From Deltaproteobacteria bacterium (lineage in GTDB: Bacteria; Myxococcota; Myxococcia; Myxococcales; UBA5297): a DNA stretch of 44,311 bases. The translations under genes were made by a program, and so were the position numbers. Shown here one piece after another: positions 17,681-25,632 of the stretch (position 1 is its first letter; each line of letters opens with the position of its first letter). The notes under the pieces were generated by a model. The model did not search any database, was not told the origin of the DNA, and saw nothing but the letters and a program-made list of their open reading frames with translations. Location of the stretch: positions 1 to 44,311 of the forward strand of contig JACRCT010001062.1 of the NCBI GenBank assembly GCA_016218885.1. The letters run 5' to 3'.

Positions 17681-17709
17681 CAGCGCCCCTTCGCGCCGCG
17701 GGCCATGGT

Positions 17710-18744
17710 CTAGGGGAAAGAGGTCGGGGAGGCAAGGTCGGCGCGCGAGCGGTCCTCGAGCCCTGGCCCGGCGCTGGCCCAGATGAGCGAGAAGTCGGGA
17801 CCGGGGGCATCGAACAGGCGCTCGATGTGCCAGCCCGTTCCGTCGATCAGCGCCCGCGCCGTGTCGGAGGTGAACTTGCGGCTGATCTCGGTGCGCACCG
17901 ATTCGCCGGCCTGGAAGCGGGCGACCCTGTCCAGCTCGCGCAGGCGGACCACGAGGGAGCGCTGGGCGACGAGGTGCATCTCCACCTGCTGTGCCGCGGG
18001 ATCGTAGAGGGCGCGGTGGCGGAAGTCCTCGAGCAAGAAGTCCGCCCCCAGCCGGCGGTTCAGGACCCGCAGCAGGTTCAGGTTGAAGCGCGCGGTCACG
18101 CCGCGGGCATCGTCGTAGGCGGCCTGGAGGCGCTGCACCTGCTTGACCCGGTCGATCCCCAGCAGCAGCGAGGCGCCGGGCCCCACCGCCCGCGCCAGGC
18201 GCGCCAGGAAGGCGCGGGCGTCGCTCTCCTCGAGGTTGCCGATGGTTCCCCCCAGGAAGGCGACCAGCACTCCACGCCCTCGGGGCAGCTGGTGGAGGGG
18301 TCGCTCGAAGTCGGCCAGCAGCGCACGTACCGAGAGGAGGGGATAGGTCTCCAGCAGGCCCGGCGCGGCCGCGGCGAGGACCGACTCGTCGATGTCCACC
18401 GGAACGTAAGTCGCCGGCCGCTCGAGCCGCGCCATGGCGTCGAGCAGCAGCCGGGTCTTGGTGGCCGACCCACTGCCCATCTCGACCAGGGTGGCGGGGC
18501 GGACGGTGTCGATGAGCTCGTTCGCGATGCGGGCGAGCAGGGCCGTCTCGGTGCGGGTGGGGTAGTACTCCTCCAGGGTGCAGATCTCCTCGAAGAGGCG
18601 GCTGCCCTCGGCGTCGTACAGGTGCTTGGGCGGCAGGCGCTTGGGGACCGAGAACAGCCCGCGACGGACGTCGTCGGCAAGGGTGTCGGCCAAGCCGGGG
18701 TCGATCAGGCGCTCGAGGATGAAGCGGGAGGATGGGGAGATCAC
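17710..18744 (-). CDS. egtD: L-histidine N-alpha-methyltransferase-like SAM methyltransferase (EgtD family).
   Basis: It reads LPPKHLYDAEGSRLFEEICTLEEYYPTRTE..LVEMGSGSATKTRLLL..YVPVDIDESVL..FLGGTIGN..GVTARFNLNLLRVLNRRL. The order and spacing match EgtD/Methyltransf_33. Confidence 0.8.
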   Translation of the reverse strand: MISPSSRFILERLIDPGLADTLADDVRRGLFSVPKRLPPKHLYDAEGSRLFEEICTLEEYYPTRTETALLARIANELIDTVRPATLVEMGSGSATKTRLLLDAMARLERPATYVPVDIDESVLAAAAPGLLETYPLLSVRALLADFERPLHQLPRGRGVLVAFLGGTIGNLEESDARAFLARLARAVGPGASLLLGIDRVKQVQRLQAAYDDARGVTARFNLNLLRVLNRRLGADFLLEDFRHRALYDPAAQQVEMHLVAQRSLVVRLRELDRVARFQAGESVRTEISRKFTSDTARALIDGTGWHIERLFDAPGPDFSLIWASAGPGLEDRSRADLASPTSFP

Positions 18745-18904
18745 TCACTCAAGCTGCGGCCATGCCGCCCTCAGGCCATCCACGCCTTGGGTCGCTCGTG
18801 GGAGCGGGGGGTCGGTCGCCTGCCTTGCGATGAAGGAGCGAAGGACCGGAGGCGCGCGGCGCCTTGCTGATCTAGGATGCGAGGCCTCGACCGAGGAGGC
18901 CTCC

Positions 18905-19936
18905 ATGCCCCGAATCGCCCTTGCCGCCGTCCTGGTCTCACTGCTCGCTCCTGGGCTCGTTCGCGCCGAGTCGATCGAGTTCGAGGTGGTCCCCAAGGTC
19001 TTCGCTGGGGGCAAGGAGAAGCCCACCCTCACCCTGCACACGGTGGAGGATGCCAACGACGTGGTCGTCAAGCTCAAGCGCGAAGACGGCAAGACGGTGC
19101 AGTTCCGCACCGGGCCCATCGCCGGCGGGACCTTCAAGAAGTTCCCGCTCGACGTGCCCGCCGGCCGCGAGTACCGGTTCTCCGGCAGCATCGAGCGCCG
19201 CTACGGCAAGGCCATCGAGAGCCTCGACGTGAGCTTCGTGGCCGAGGTGGTCGTCCCGGCCAAGATCAGCGTCGACAAGGACAAGGTCGACCTCGCGGCC
19301 CACAAGCTGGTGCTCACCAGCAGCCGCAGGACCTCGAAGGTCGAGGTGGAGGTCAAGGGCGATCAGGGCGAGGACTTGGGTCAGAGCTCGGTCGCCTTCG
19401 ACGCCGCCGCGCCCGGTACCCCACTCACCGTCCAGTGGAAGCAGGGCGAAGGTAACGTCATGCGCATCTCGCTCAGGGTCTGGGACACCGACAACTTCTA
19501 CGAGGGCATCGAGCTCTTCCCCTGGCACATCTACATCCCGCACGAGGAGGTCAACTTCGCCACCGGCAGCTTCAGCATCGAGAAGGGCGAGGAGTCGAAG
19601 CTCGACTCCTCACTGGGCGAGGTGCAGGAGGCGGTGGAGAAGTACGGCAAGTTCGCGGAGATCAAGCTCTTCATCGCCGGACACACCGACACCGTGGGGC
19701 CCACCGACTCCAATCGCAGCCTGTCCTTGAACCGCGCCCGCTCCATCAGCGAGTGGTTCCGCCGCCATGGGCTGCGCGTGCCCATCCTCTACGAGGGCTT
19801 CGGCGAGGACGCGCTCAAGGTGGCCACCGCCGACGAGACCGAAGAGGTCCGCAACCGCCGCGCGGAGTACATCGTGGCCATCGAGCCGCCGGTCGTCTCC
19901 CAGGTCCGGGCCGCGAGTTGGAAGCAGCTCAGGTAG
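18905..19936 (+). CDS. OmpA_C-domain protein with two N-terminal beta-sandwich-like modules.
   Basis: A GAGGAGG SD lies 5 nt upstream of the ATG at 18905. The signal peptide is MPRIALAAVLVSLLAPGLVRA. The C-terminus reads IKLFIAGHTDTVGPTDSNRSLSLNRARSISEWF..NRRAEYIV. Confidence 0.85.
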   Translation: MPRIALAAVLVSLLAPGLVRAESIEFEVVPKVFAGGKEKPTLTLHTVEDANDVVVKLKREDGKTVQFRTGPIAGGTFKKFPLDVPAGREYRFSGSIERRYGKAIESLDVSFVAEVVVPAKISVDKDKVDLAAHKLVLTSSRRTSKVEVEVKGDQGEDLGQSSVAFDAAAPGTPLTVQWKQGEGNVMRISLRVWDTDNFYEGIELFPWHIYIPHEEVNFATGSFSIEKGEESKLDSSLGEVQEAVEKYGKFAEIKLFIAGHTDTVGPTDSNRSLSLNRARSISEWFRRHGLRVPILYEGFGEDALKVATADETEEVRNRRAEYIVAIEPPVVSQVRAASWKQLR

Positions 19937-19940
19937 CCAC

Positions 19941-20022
19941 ACCCGGGTGGCGCGAGCGCAGTGCAGGCGAGACTTGACGGTCCCACCGGAATGCCCTCTG
20001 CAGAGGCGATCACCTCGAGAGG
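19941..20022 (-). pseudogene. Relic of the 3' end (region 4.2) of an ECF sigma factor gene, frameshifted.
   Basis: 19961-20019 aligns base-for-base with 23381-23440 of the intact sigma gene. This includes a 24-nt identical run (gtgcaggcgagacttgacggtccc). The differences are one 1-nt deletion and 3 substitutions. The translation IASAEGIPVG / (frameshift) / TVKSRLHCARA compares with the intact IASVEGIPVGTVKSRLHRARA. Confidence 0.75.
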
Positions 20023-20127
20023 CAGGCAGCGCCCTCCTGAAAACGACGCCGGTTCCCACCGCCGCCATTTCGCGGCCGGCCCGCTTGCGCACGCCCGGCG
20101 AGCGGGGTGCGCGGTACGCCCCCGCGC

Positions 20128-21501
20128 CTATGCCAGCTCCTTGAACCGCTGGGTCGACGCCCCGCACAGAGGGCAGTACCAGTGCTCGGGCAGGTCTTCG
20201 AAGGCCGTCCCCGGCTCGACCTTGCCCTTGGGGTCGCCCTGGGCGGGGTCGTAGACCCATCCGCACTTCTTGCAGCGGTGGCGGGCGCCGCTGTCGGCTC
20301 CCGGGACCCGCGGTACCGGCGGCGGGGGATCCAGCGACTCGTGCCCCGCGGCGATGGCGTCGGCGAGTCGATCCAGCGCCGCGAAGTCCGCGGCCCGGGG
20401 CGCGCCGCGCACCACCACCGGCTCCAGCAGCTCGGCGCTCAGCTCGAGCTGGCCCAGCAGCTGCTCGCGCAGGTAGCCGCCCCAGCCGTAGGAGCCGACC
20501 ATCGAGAGGTAGCGAGCCTTGGGCCGCAAGCAGTTGATGAGGAAGGCCGCTTGCACCGCCTTGGGGTGGGCCCCGGCGAGGAAGGCGGGCGCGCCCAGCA
20601 CGATGGTCGCCGCGTCCACCAGCGCGAGCGCCAGGCCGCCCAGGTCCGGGTCCGAGAGGTCGAACGGCTCGGCCTCCACGTCGCGGGCGGCCAGCGCCTC
20701 GGCGAGGTGCTCGATCATCCGGCGGGTGCTGCCGTGCATCGAGACGAAGGGGAGGACGGCGAGGTTTCTGGGCTTTCCCGCCGCCCACTCGCGGTAGCGG
20801 TCCAGCATCGACTTGGGGTCGGAGATGACCGGGCCGTGCGAGGGCGCGATGAGCTCGAGCGGCAGAGGGGCGAAGCGGTCGAGGGCGCGCACCACGTGGT
20901 CGCGGTAGGGCATGAGGATGGCTGCGAAGTAGCGCTTGGCCTCGACCGGCAGGCGCACGTCTTCGGTGGTCCTCACCGCAGGTCCGGCAAGGTGCGAGCC
21001 GAAGAGATCGCAGGAGAACAGGACGCGATCCTCCTCGAGCCAGGTGACCATGGTCTCGGGCCAGTGCGTCCACGGCGCATGCAGGAACTGGAGCGTGCGG
21101 CCGCCCAGCGAGATGCGCGAGCCGTCCCCCACCTCGTCGATGCGCTCGGCGGGCAGATCGAGGTGGTCGGCGAGCAGGCGGCGAGCCTCCGCGGTGCACA
21201 GCACCTTGGCTGTGGCATAGCGCTCGAGCACTGCCGGCAGGGAGCCGGAGTGGTCCTGCTCGGCGTGGTTGCTCACGACGTAGTCGATGGACTCCACGCC
21301 CAGCGCCTGCAGGTGGGCCAGCAGCTGGGGGCCGAAGGTTGGCTCCACGGTGTCGACGAGCGCGGTCTTCTGCTGGCCGCGGACGAGGTAGGCGTTGTAG
21401 GTCGTGCCGGCGGGGATGGGCAGCACGCCGTCGAACTCCCGGCGCCCCCGGTCGGCGACCCCCACCCAATGCACGCCAGGCCTCAGTTCCTCGGTCGCCA
21501 T
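20128..21501 (-). CDS. Flavodiiron protein with a C-terminal rubredoxin domain (flavorubredoxin, NorV/FprA-like).
   Basis: The start is the ATG at 21501 (MATEELRPGVHWVG), with a GGAGGG SD 5 nt upstream. It carries the diiron motif SNHAEQDHSG, a flavodoxin-like segment (VLPFVSMHGSTRRM) and a rubredoxin segment (CKKCGWVYDP...WYCPLCGA). Confidence 0.9.
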   Translation of the reverse strand: MATEELRPGVHWVGVADRGRREFDGVLPIPAGTTYNAYLVRGQQKTALVDTVEPTFGPQLLAHLQALGVESIDYVVSNHAEQDHSGSLPAVLERYATAKVLCTAEARRLLADHLDLPAERIDEVGDGSRISLGGRTLQFLHAPWTHWPETMVTWLEEDRVLFSCDLFGSHLAGPAVRTTEDVRLPVEAKRYFAAILMPYRDHVVRALDRFAPLPLELIAPSHGPVISDPKSMLDRYREWAAGKPRNLAVLPFVSMHGSTRRMIEHLAEALAARDVEAEPFDLSDPDLGGLALALVDAATIVLGAPAFLAGAHPKAVQAAFLINCLRPKARYLSMVGSYGWGGYLREQLLGQLELSAELLEPVVVRGAPRAADFAALDRLADAIAAGHESLDPPPPVPRVPGADSGARHRCKKCGWVYDPAQGDPKGKVEPGTAFEDLPEHWYCPLCGASTQRFKELA

Positions 21502-21764
21502 GTGCCCTCCGCGAAGTGTGTCGTTGTTAGCAGACCCATCCAGCGCAGGCCAAGCGGCCCCCCAATAGAGGCCCTTCGGGTCGGTGAGGGAGCCGGTCAT
21601 CCCCGTCCTCGAATCGGGTCTCCCTCGCGACGGCTGCCCCCTCTTGCCGAGGACCGCGCGCCGCCGGAGAAGGCGGGGAAGAAGCGGGGCAGTTGGCGAT
21701 CCGAAGGGCAGGAACGAGAGTGCGGGGCAATGCCTGAATTGGCCGTAGCGAGGAGCGGCGCGCG

Positions 21765-21875
21765 GCAAGGCGGAAACGATGAGTTGCACCACGGACCTGG
21801 CCTGGTGGGGCGAAGGCACCGTGATGCGCATCACCCTAGGCGTCGGGGATACCGACGACTTCTACGAGGGCACCT
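21765..21875 (+). pseudogene. Relic of an internal fragment of a paralogue of the OmpA_C-domain gene at 18905..19936.
   Basis: The translation LAWWGEGTVMRITLGVGDTDDFYEG compares with VQWKQGEGNVMRISLRVWDTDNFYEG in the intact gene (19430-19508). The matching nucleotide blocks are gtgatgcgcatc and accgacgacttctacgagggc. No start, signal peptide or OmpA_C part is present. Confidence 0.7.
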
Positions 21876-21900
21876 GGCGGGGTCTGCGCTCGTCACGGCG

Positions 21901-23349
21901 CTACTTGGCCTCCTTCATCAGCTGCACGCGGTAGTTGAGCCTCTTCTGGGCCTCGGTTCCGGCGCCGCTTGCCTTGGGCTGCAGCACAATCCCGAACTTC
22001 TTCTCGCCTCCGTCGTTCCATCCCCAAGCCCAATGAGCATCGCCCTTGTACTCCTGGAGGGGGCCAGTGGAGGTCAACTGCTCCCACTCCTTCCGGCGGA
22101 GGGAGCCCTCGCCGTACACGATGCAAGGGTATTCGGTGCAGTCGACGCTGGTGATCTGGTTCTTCCATCCGAGCGCCTTGAAGCCCTCGGCGATGGCTCC
22201 GCGCAGCCTCTCTTCCGCGAAGCGAGCCGGGAGATTTTCGGGACGCTCGGTCGGCGTGCCCTCGGCCGTGACTCGCAGCTTTCTCTCCACCTCCAGCTGC
22301 TGCTCGAGGTCATGCACCCGCTTCTGGAGGGCGTCGAACTCCTCGAACTCCGGGAGCGGGCGTGGGGCAGCACGCTCAGCGTGCGCCGGCTGGGCAGCGG
22401 GCGATGGGGTGCTCTCCAGCGCGAGCTCGCGGTTCGCCACCTGCGCCGGTCTGGGCTTCTGGACCGGCGTCGCTCGCGCATCTCCCCGCTGCCACTTCTG
22501 GCCGGCGGCGATGGGCACCGCCGCACCATCTTCACTGGCGACCGCGGCGTGGCCTTCTAGTACCAGGATGGTCAGCAGGCTTCCGGCGGCCGCGCCTGCG
22601 ACGGCCGGCCCTATCTTCGTCCACCGAGGATTCATCGTGTCTCCTCCCGAAGCGAGTCCTTCGTTCGCTTCAATGACACGACCGAGCGCCTCCCAAGGTT
22701 CCGTGGAGACGAGGGCCCGGCCCGACAGGCGGACCTTCTGGGGGCCGGCAGTCAGGGACAGGTCGTCGGACGAGGCGAGGAGCGTCCCCACGAGCAGCTC
22801 GGCACCGGCACGGATTCCTGGCGAGAGGGCGATCCGGGTGCCCGAGTGCACGAGAAGCGAGGACTCGTGGAGCTGGACGAGCGCGCTTCCGGCCGGACCG
22901 GTCTGGACCACGTCGCTCTCGTGCAGCGGCCGGGCGGCGAGCTGGGCCAGGCGGAGGCCTGCGAGCTCCACGTCGCCCTCGAGCGCCACGACCTCGCCTC
23001 GCGAGCCCAGGCGCGCCGACACTCCCAGGATGCCCAAGCCGATGACGAGCGCCGCGGCGCAGGCCACCTTGACCAGGGTGCTCCCCGAGCGCGTGCGTCG
23101 GGGCCGGCGAACACGTCCGATGAGGGCCTCGGCCTGGGCGTCGTCCAGCGTGGCTGGGAGATCGCCGGCGGCCTCTTCCATGGCGCGCATCTGCGCGAGG
23201 GCCTGGGCGAGATCCGCACGTGTGCCGAGCGCTTCCTCGAGACGTCGAGCCTCCTCGGGGGCCAGTTCCCCGGCGAGGTGGCGCGAGAGCGTTTCGAGCT
23301 CATCCAACGTGGCCACCGAGTCCTCCTTGGGCCGGCGTGGAACCCGCAT
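21901..23349 (-). CDS. FecR-type anti-sigma factor fused in frame to a second, signal-like-led C-terminal module.
   Basis: The N-terminus reads LDELETLSRHLAGELAPEEARRLEEAL, which is anti-sigma-like. The TM segment is VACAAALVIGLGILGV. The FecR-like part is VVALEGDVELAG..SDVVQTGPAGSALVQL. The start is either the ATG at 23349 or the GTG at 23316, and both overlap the end of the sigma gene. An internal GGGAGGAG SD and an ATG at 22635 are followed by a hydrophobic segment. Confidence 0.75.
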   Translation of the reverse strand: MRVPRRPKEDSVATLDELETLSRHLAGELAPEEARRLEEALGTRADLAQALAQMRAMEEAAGDLPATLDDAQAEALIGRVRRPRRTRSGSTLVKVACAAALVIGLGILGVSARLGSRGEVVALEGDVELAGLRLAQLAARPLHESDVVQTGPAGSALVQLHESSLLVHSGTRIALSPGIRAGAELLVGTLLASSDDLSLTAGPQKVRLSGRALVSTEPWEALGRVIEANEGLASGGDTMNPRWTKIGPAVAGAAAGSLLTILVLEGHAAVASEDGAAVPIAAGQKWQRGDARATPVQKPRPAQVANRELALESTPSPAAQPAHAERAAPRPLPEFEEFDALQKRVHDLEQQLEVERKLRVTAEGTPTERPENLPARFAEERLRGAIAEGFKALGWKNQITSVDCTEYPCIVYGEGSLRRKEWEQLTSTGPLQEYKGDAHWAWGWNDGGEKKFGIVLQPKASGAGTEAQKRLNYRVQLMKEAK

Positions 23350-23875
23350 TCAGAAGCGACACGAGTGCAGCGCGAGCCCGGTGCAGGCGAGACTTGACGG
23401 TCCCTACCGGAATGCCCTCGACAGAGGCGATCGCCTCGAGGGGCTGGGCGTGGACCTGGGCGAGGACGAAGACGCGGCGCTGGGTCTCCGGCAGGCGTCC
23501 GATGGCCGACTCCAGGCAGGCGCGCAGCTCTCGGCGCTCGAGGTGGACATCGGCGCGCGGTCGCTCGTCTGGAATCTCGAGCCCGTCTTCGAGCGGCACG
23601 AGGGCAAGGTGCCGCTTCTTGCGGACGTCGAGGAGCCAGCGGTGGGCGACTGTGTAGACCCAGGTGGACAGCTGCGCGCTGCCGCGCGGATCGAAGTCGG
23701 GCAGAACGCAGAGAAGCTTCTCGAGCAGGTCCTGTGTCAGGTCGTCGGCCTGCGCGGCGAACCCGCACCTGAAGATGAGCGCATGCATGGGCTTGGCGTA
23801 GCGGCGCAGGAACATGTCCTGTGCGCTCCGGTCGCCGGCTTGGGCCTTGCGCACGGTGAGGTCGTCGAGCTCCAT
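23300..23875 (-). CDS. ECF (group 4) RNA polymerase sigma factor.
   Basis: The start is the ATG at 23875 (MELDDLTVRKAQAGD). Region 2 is DLTQDLLEKLL..STWVYTVAHRWLLDVRKKR. Region 4 is LPETQRRVFVLAQVHAQPLEAIASVEGIPVGTVKSRLHRARAAL. Confidence 0.9.
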   Translation of the reverse strand: MELDDLTVRKAQAGDRSAQDMFLRRYAKPMHALIFRCGFAAQADDLTQDLLEKLLCVLPDFDPRGSAQLSTWVYTVAHRWLLDVRKKRHLALVPLEDGLEIPDERPRADVHLERRELRACLESAIGRLPETQRRVFVLAQVHAQPLEAIASVEGIPVGTVKSRLHRARAALVSLLNAGSTPAQGGLGGHVG

Positions 23876-23891
23876 GGCTGCTCGGATAGTT

Positions 23892-23917
23892 GCACGAACC
23901 TGTGCGGCAGAAGTTCC
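23892..23917 (-). promoter_or_regulatory. Putative ECF-type autoregulatory promoter, GGAAC-N16-CGT.
   Basis: The minus strand reads GGGAACTTCTGCCGCACAGGTTCGTGC. GGAAC is at 23917-23913 and CGT at 23896-23894, with a 16-nt spacer. It ends about 17 nt before the sigma ATG, which implies a very short leader. Confidence 0.45.
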
Positions 23918-23929
23918 CAGGCAACGTCC

Positions 23930-23965
23930 ACAAAGGAAAGCGCCCGGACCTGTAGGCCCGGGCGC
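23930..23965 (-). terminator. Intrinsic terminator of the HEAT-repeat lipoprotein gene.
   Basis: GCGCCCGG / CCGGGCGC form an 8-bp stem (23940-23947 / 23958-23965). On the minus-strand RNA it is followed by UUUCCUUUG. Confidence 0.6.
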
Positions 23966-24003
23966 ATCCATGGAGGTTGCTCAATCCGATGAGGGAGGGG
24001 CCG

Positions 24004-25632
24004 CTACTTGGAGCGCTCCAGCTTGACCGAGAGGCGCTTGACCTCCTCGGCGATCCGCATGGTCAGCGTCTTCTCTTTCTCCTGCTCGATCTGGGCGTTG
24101 AGGGCGTTGACCTCGGCCTTGGCGGCGGTCATGGCCTTGGGGTCGCTCGAGGCAACCCAGTCGACGGCGCAGATGGCGGCGAAGCGCGGGTTGAGGTCGA
24201 CCTTGTCAGCCACCGGGCGCTTGATGGCGGCGAACAGGGCGGGCAGCGACTCGGCGGCGTTGCGGCGGCCCAGCTCATAGGCGGCGCGCTCGCGGACGAT
24301 GGGGTCGGTGTGGTTGAGGGCCTGCTCCAGGCACTTGTTGTCGGCGCAGGCGCTGATCGTCTCCAGGGCCTTGCGGTAGCCGCCGAGCACCTTGGCGCGG
24401 GCCTCGACGTTCTTGGCCTCCTCGGCGGCGCAGTCCACCTCGCCGTAGAGGCCGTCGTTGCACTCCTTCTTGAAGCGGCCCGGCTCCTCCTTGAGCAGCG
24501 AATCGAAGACCTTGATCTCCTTGTCCGAGCCGAGCAGTGCCAGGCCCAGGGCGCAGAATTCGCGGGCGCTCCAGGAGCCGGACTTCGCGCAATCGGCCAG
24601 CTTCGCGACCGCACCCTTGTCACCAATCTGGACCAGGGAGCGCATGTACGCGCCGCGGGTGTTGGCCTCCTCCTCGGTGAGCATCGAGCCGATGGCGCTC
24701 ACCGCCTCCTTGGCGCGCATGCGGCCCAGGGCGTCCGCGGCGTTCATGCGCACCGCGAGCTTGTACATGATGTTCTCGTCGTCGTACTTGAGCAGCTTGA
24801 GCAAGGGGTCGATGGCGCGCGAATCCTGCAGGTCGCACTCCATCTGTGCGCCCTTGGCGAAGATCGCGGGGACGAGGATCTCGCGCTCCTTGGCCCAGGC
24901 CATCAGCTCCTTGTCCTCGCCCTTGATCATCGCCAGCACCCGGTCCTTGGACGCCTCGCCGAGCATGAACACGCCGAAGGAGCTCTCGGGGTAGAAGGAC
25001 AGGCCCTTGCGCTCGGAGAAGGACATCTTCAGGTAGACCGGCAGAGCGTCGCCGTGATTGATGGAGGTCAAGGCCATGATCGCCTTCTTGCTGATGAGCG
25101 GCTCGACGCGATCGTCGAGGGCGATCTCCGAGAGCACCGGCACCGCGGTCGGGTCCTTGAGCTTGCCCAGGGCGCCCATGGTCTCGATGCGCACGTAGTT
25201 GTTGCGAGTGGCCTTGAGCAGGCGGATGAGCGAGGCCACCGCCTCCTTGGAGCCGATGTCGCCGATGGCCCGGGCGCTGTACTTGGTCGCCTCGTTGGCG
25301 TCGCTGGTCATCTTGTCGGTGCCATCGCCCACCGACAGGTCGAGCGCGTCACTCAGGCCAGCCAGCGCCGAGGGGTCTTTCAGGTCGCCGAGGACCTGGG
25401 CGATCTCGCCCTTGATCTTGGAGTTGGCGGTCTTGAGGGCCTCGACGAGCCCCGGGACGGCGTCCTTCTTGCCGATCTTGCGGAGGTTCTCGCAGGCTCG
25501 CTCCTTCTCCTTGGTCGTCTTGTTGGACCCCTTGAGGATCCCCACCTGGTCTTCCCAGTTGTTGGGATCGGCCTTTTTGCAGGAAGGCAGGGTGACAAGG
25601 GCTGCGCAAAGAAAGATGGGAAGCAGGCGCAT
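24004..25632 (-). CDS. HEAT-repeat (PBS-lyase HEAT-like) lipoprotein.
   Basis: The start is the ATG at 25632 (MRLLPIFLCAALVTLPSC). The repeats are of the form AVPGLVEALK..IKGEIAQVLGDLKDPSA, AVASLIRLLK..VRIETMGALGKLKDPTAVPVL and AIDPLLKLLK. The protein is Lys-rich, and the gene is visibly less GC-rich than its neighbours. Confidence 0.8.
   Translation of the reverse strand: MRLLPIFLCAALVTLPSCKKADPNNWEDQVGILKGSNKTTKEKERACENLRKIGKKDAVPGLVEALKTANSKIKGEIAQVLGDLKDPSALAGLSDALDLSVGDGTDKMTSDANEATKYSARAIGDIGSKEAVASLIRLLKATRNNYVRIETMGALGKLKDPTAVPVLSEIALDDRVEPLISKKAIMALTSINHGDALPVYLKMSFSERKGLSFYPESSFGVFMLGEASKDRVLAMIKGEDKELMAWAKEREILVPAIFAKGAQMECDLQDSRAIDPLLKLLKYDDENIMYKLAVRMNAADALGRMRAKEAVSAIGSMLTEEEANTRGAYMRSLVQIGDKGAVAKLADCAKSGSWSAREFCALGLALLGSDKEIKVFDSLLKEEPGRFKKECNDGLYGEVDCAAEEAKNVEARAKVLGGYRKALETISACADNKCLEQALNHTDPIVRERAAYELGRRNAAESLPALFAAIKRPVADKVDLNPRFAAICAVDWVASSDPKAMTAAKAEVNALNAQIEQEKEKTLTMRIAEEVKRLSVKLERSK

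Noticed and set aside
17681-17709. I expected a yybP-ykoY (Mn) riboswitch in front of the TerC-family gene.
   Set aside because: Only 29 nt separate TerC from the upstream EgtD-like gene, which leaves no room for the ~100-nt riboswitch.
24004-25632. The lower-GC, Lys-rich HEAT-lipoprotein gene, considered as a horizontally acquired island.
   Set aside because: There are no flanking repeats, tRNA or mobility genes. The compositional shift can be explained by the Lys/Glu/Asp-rich protein itself. I cannot compute codon statistics here.
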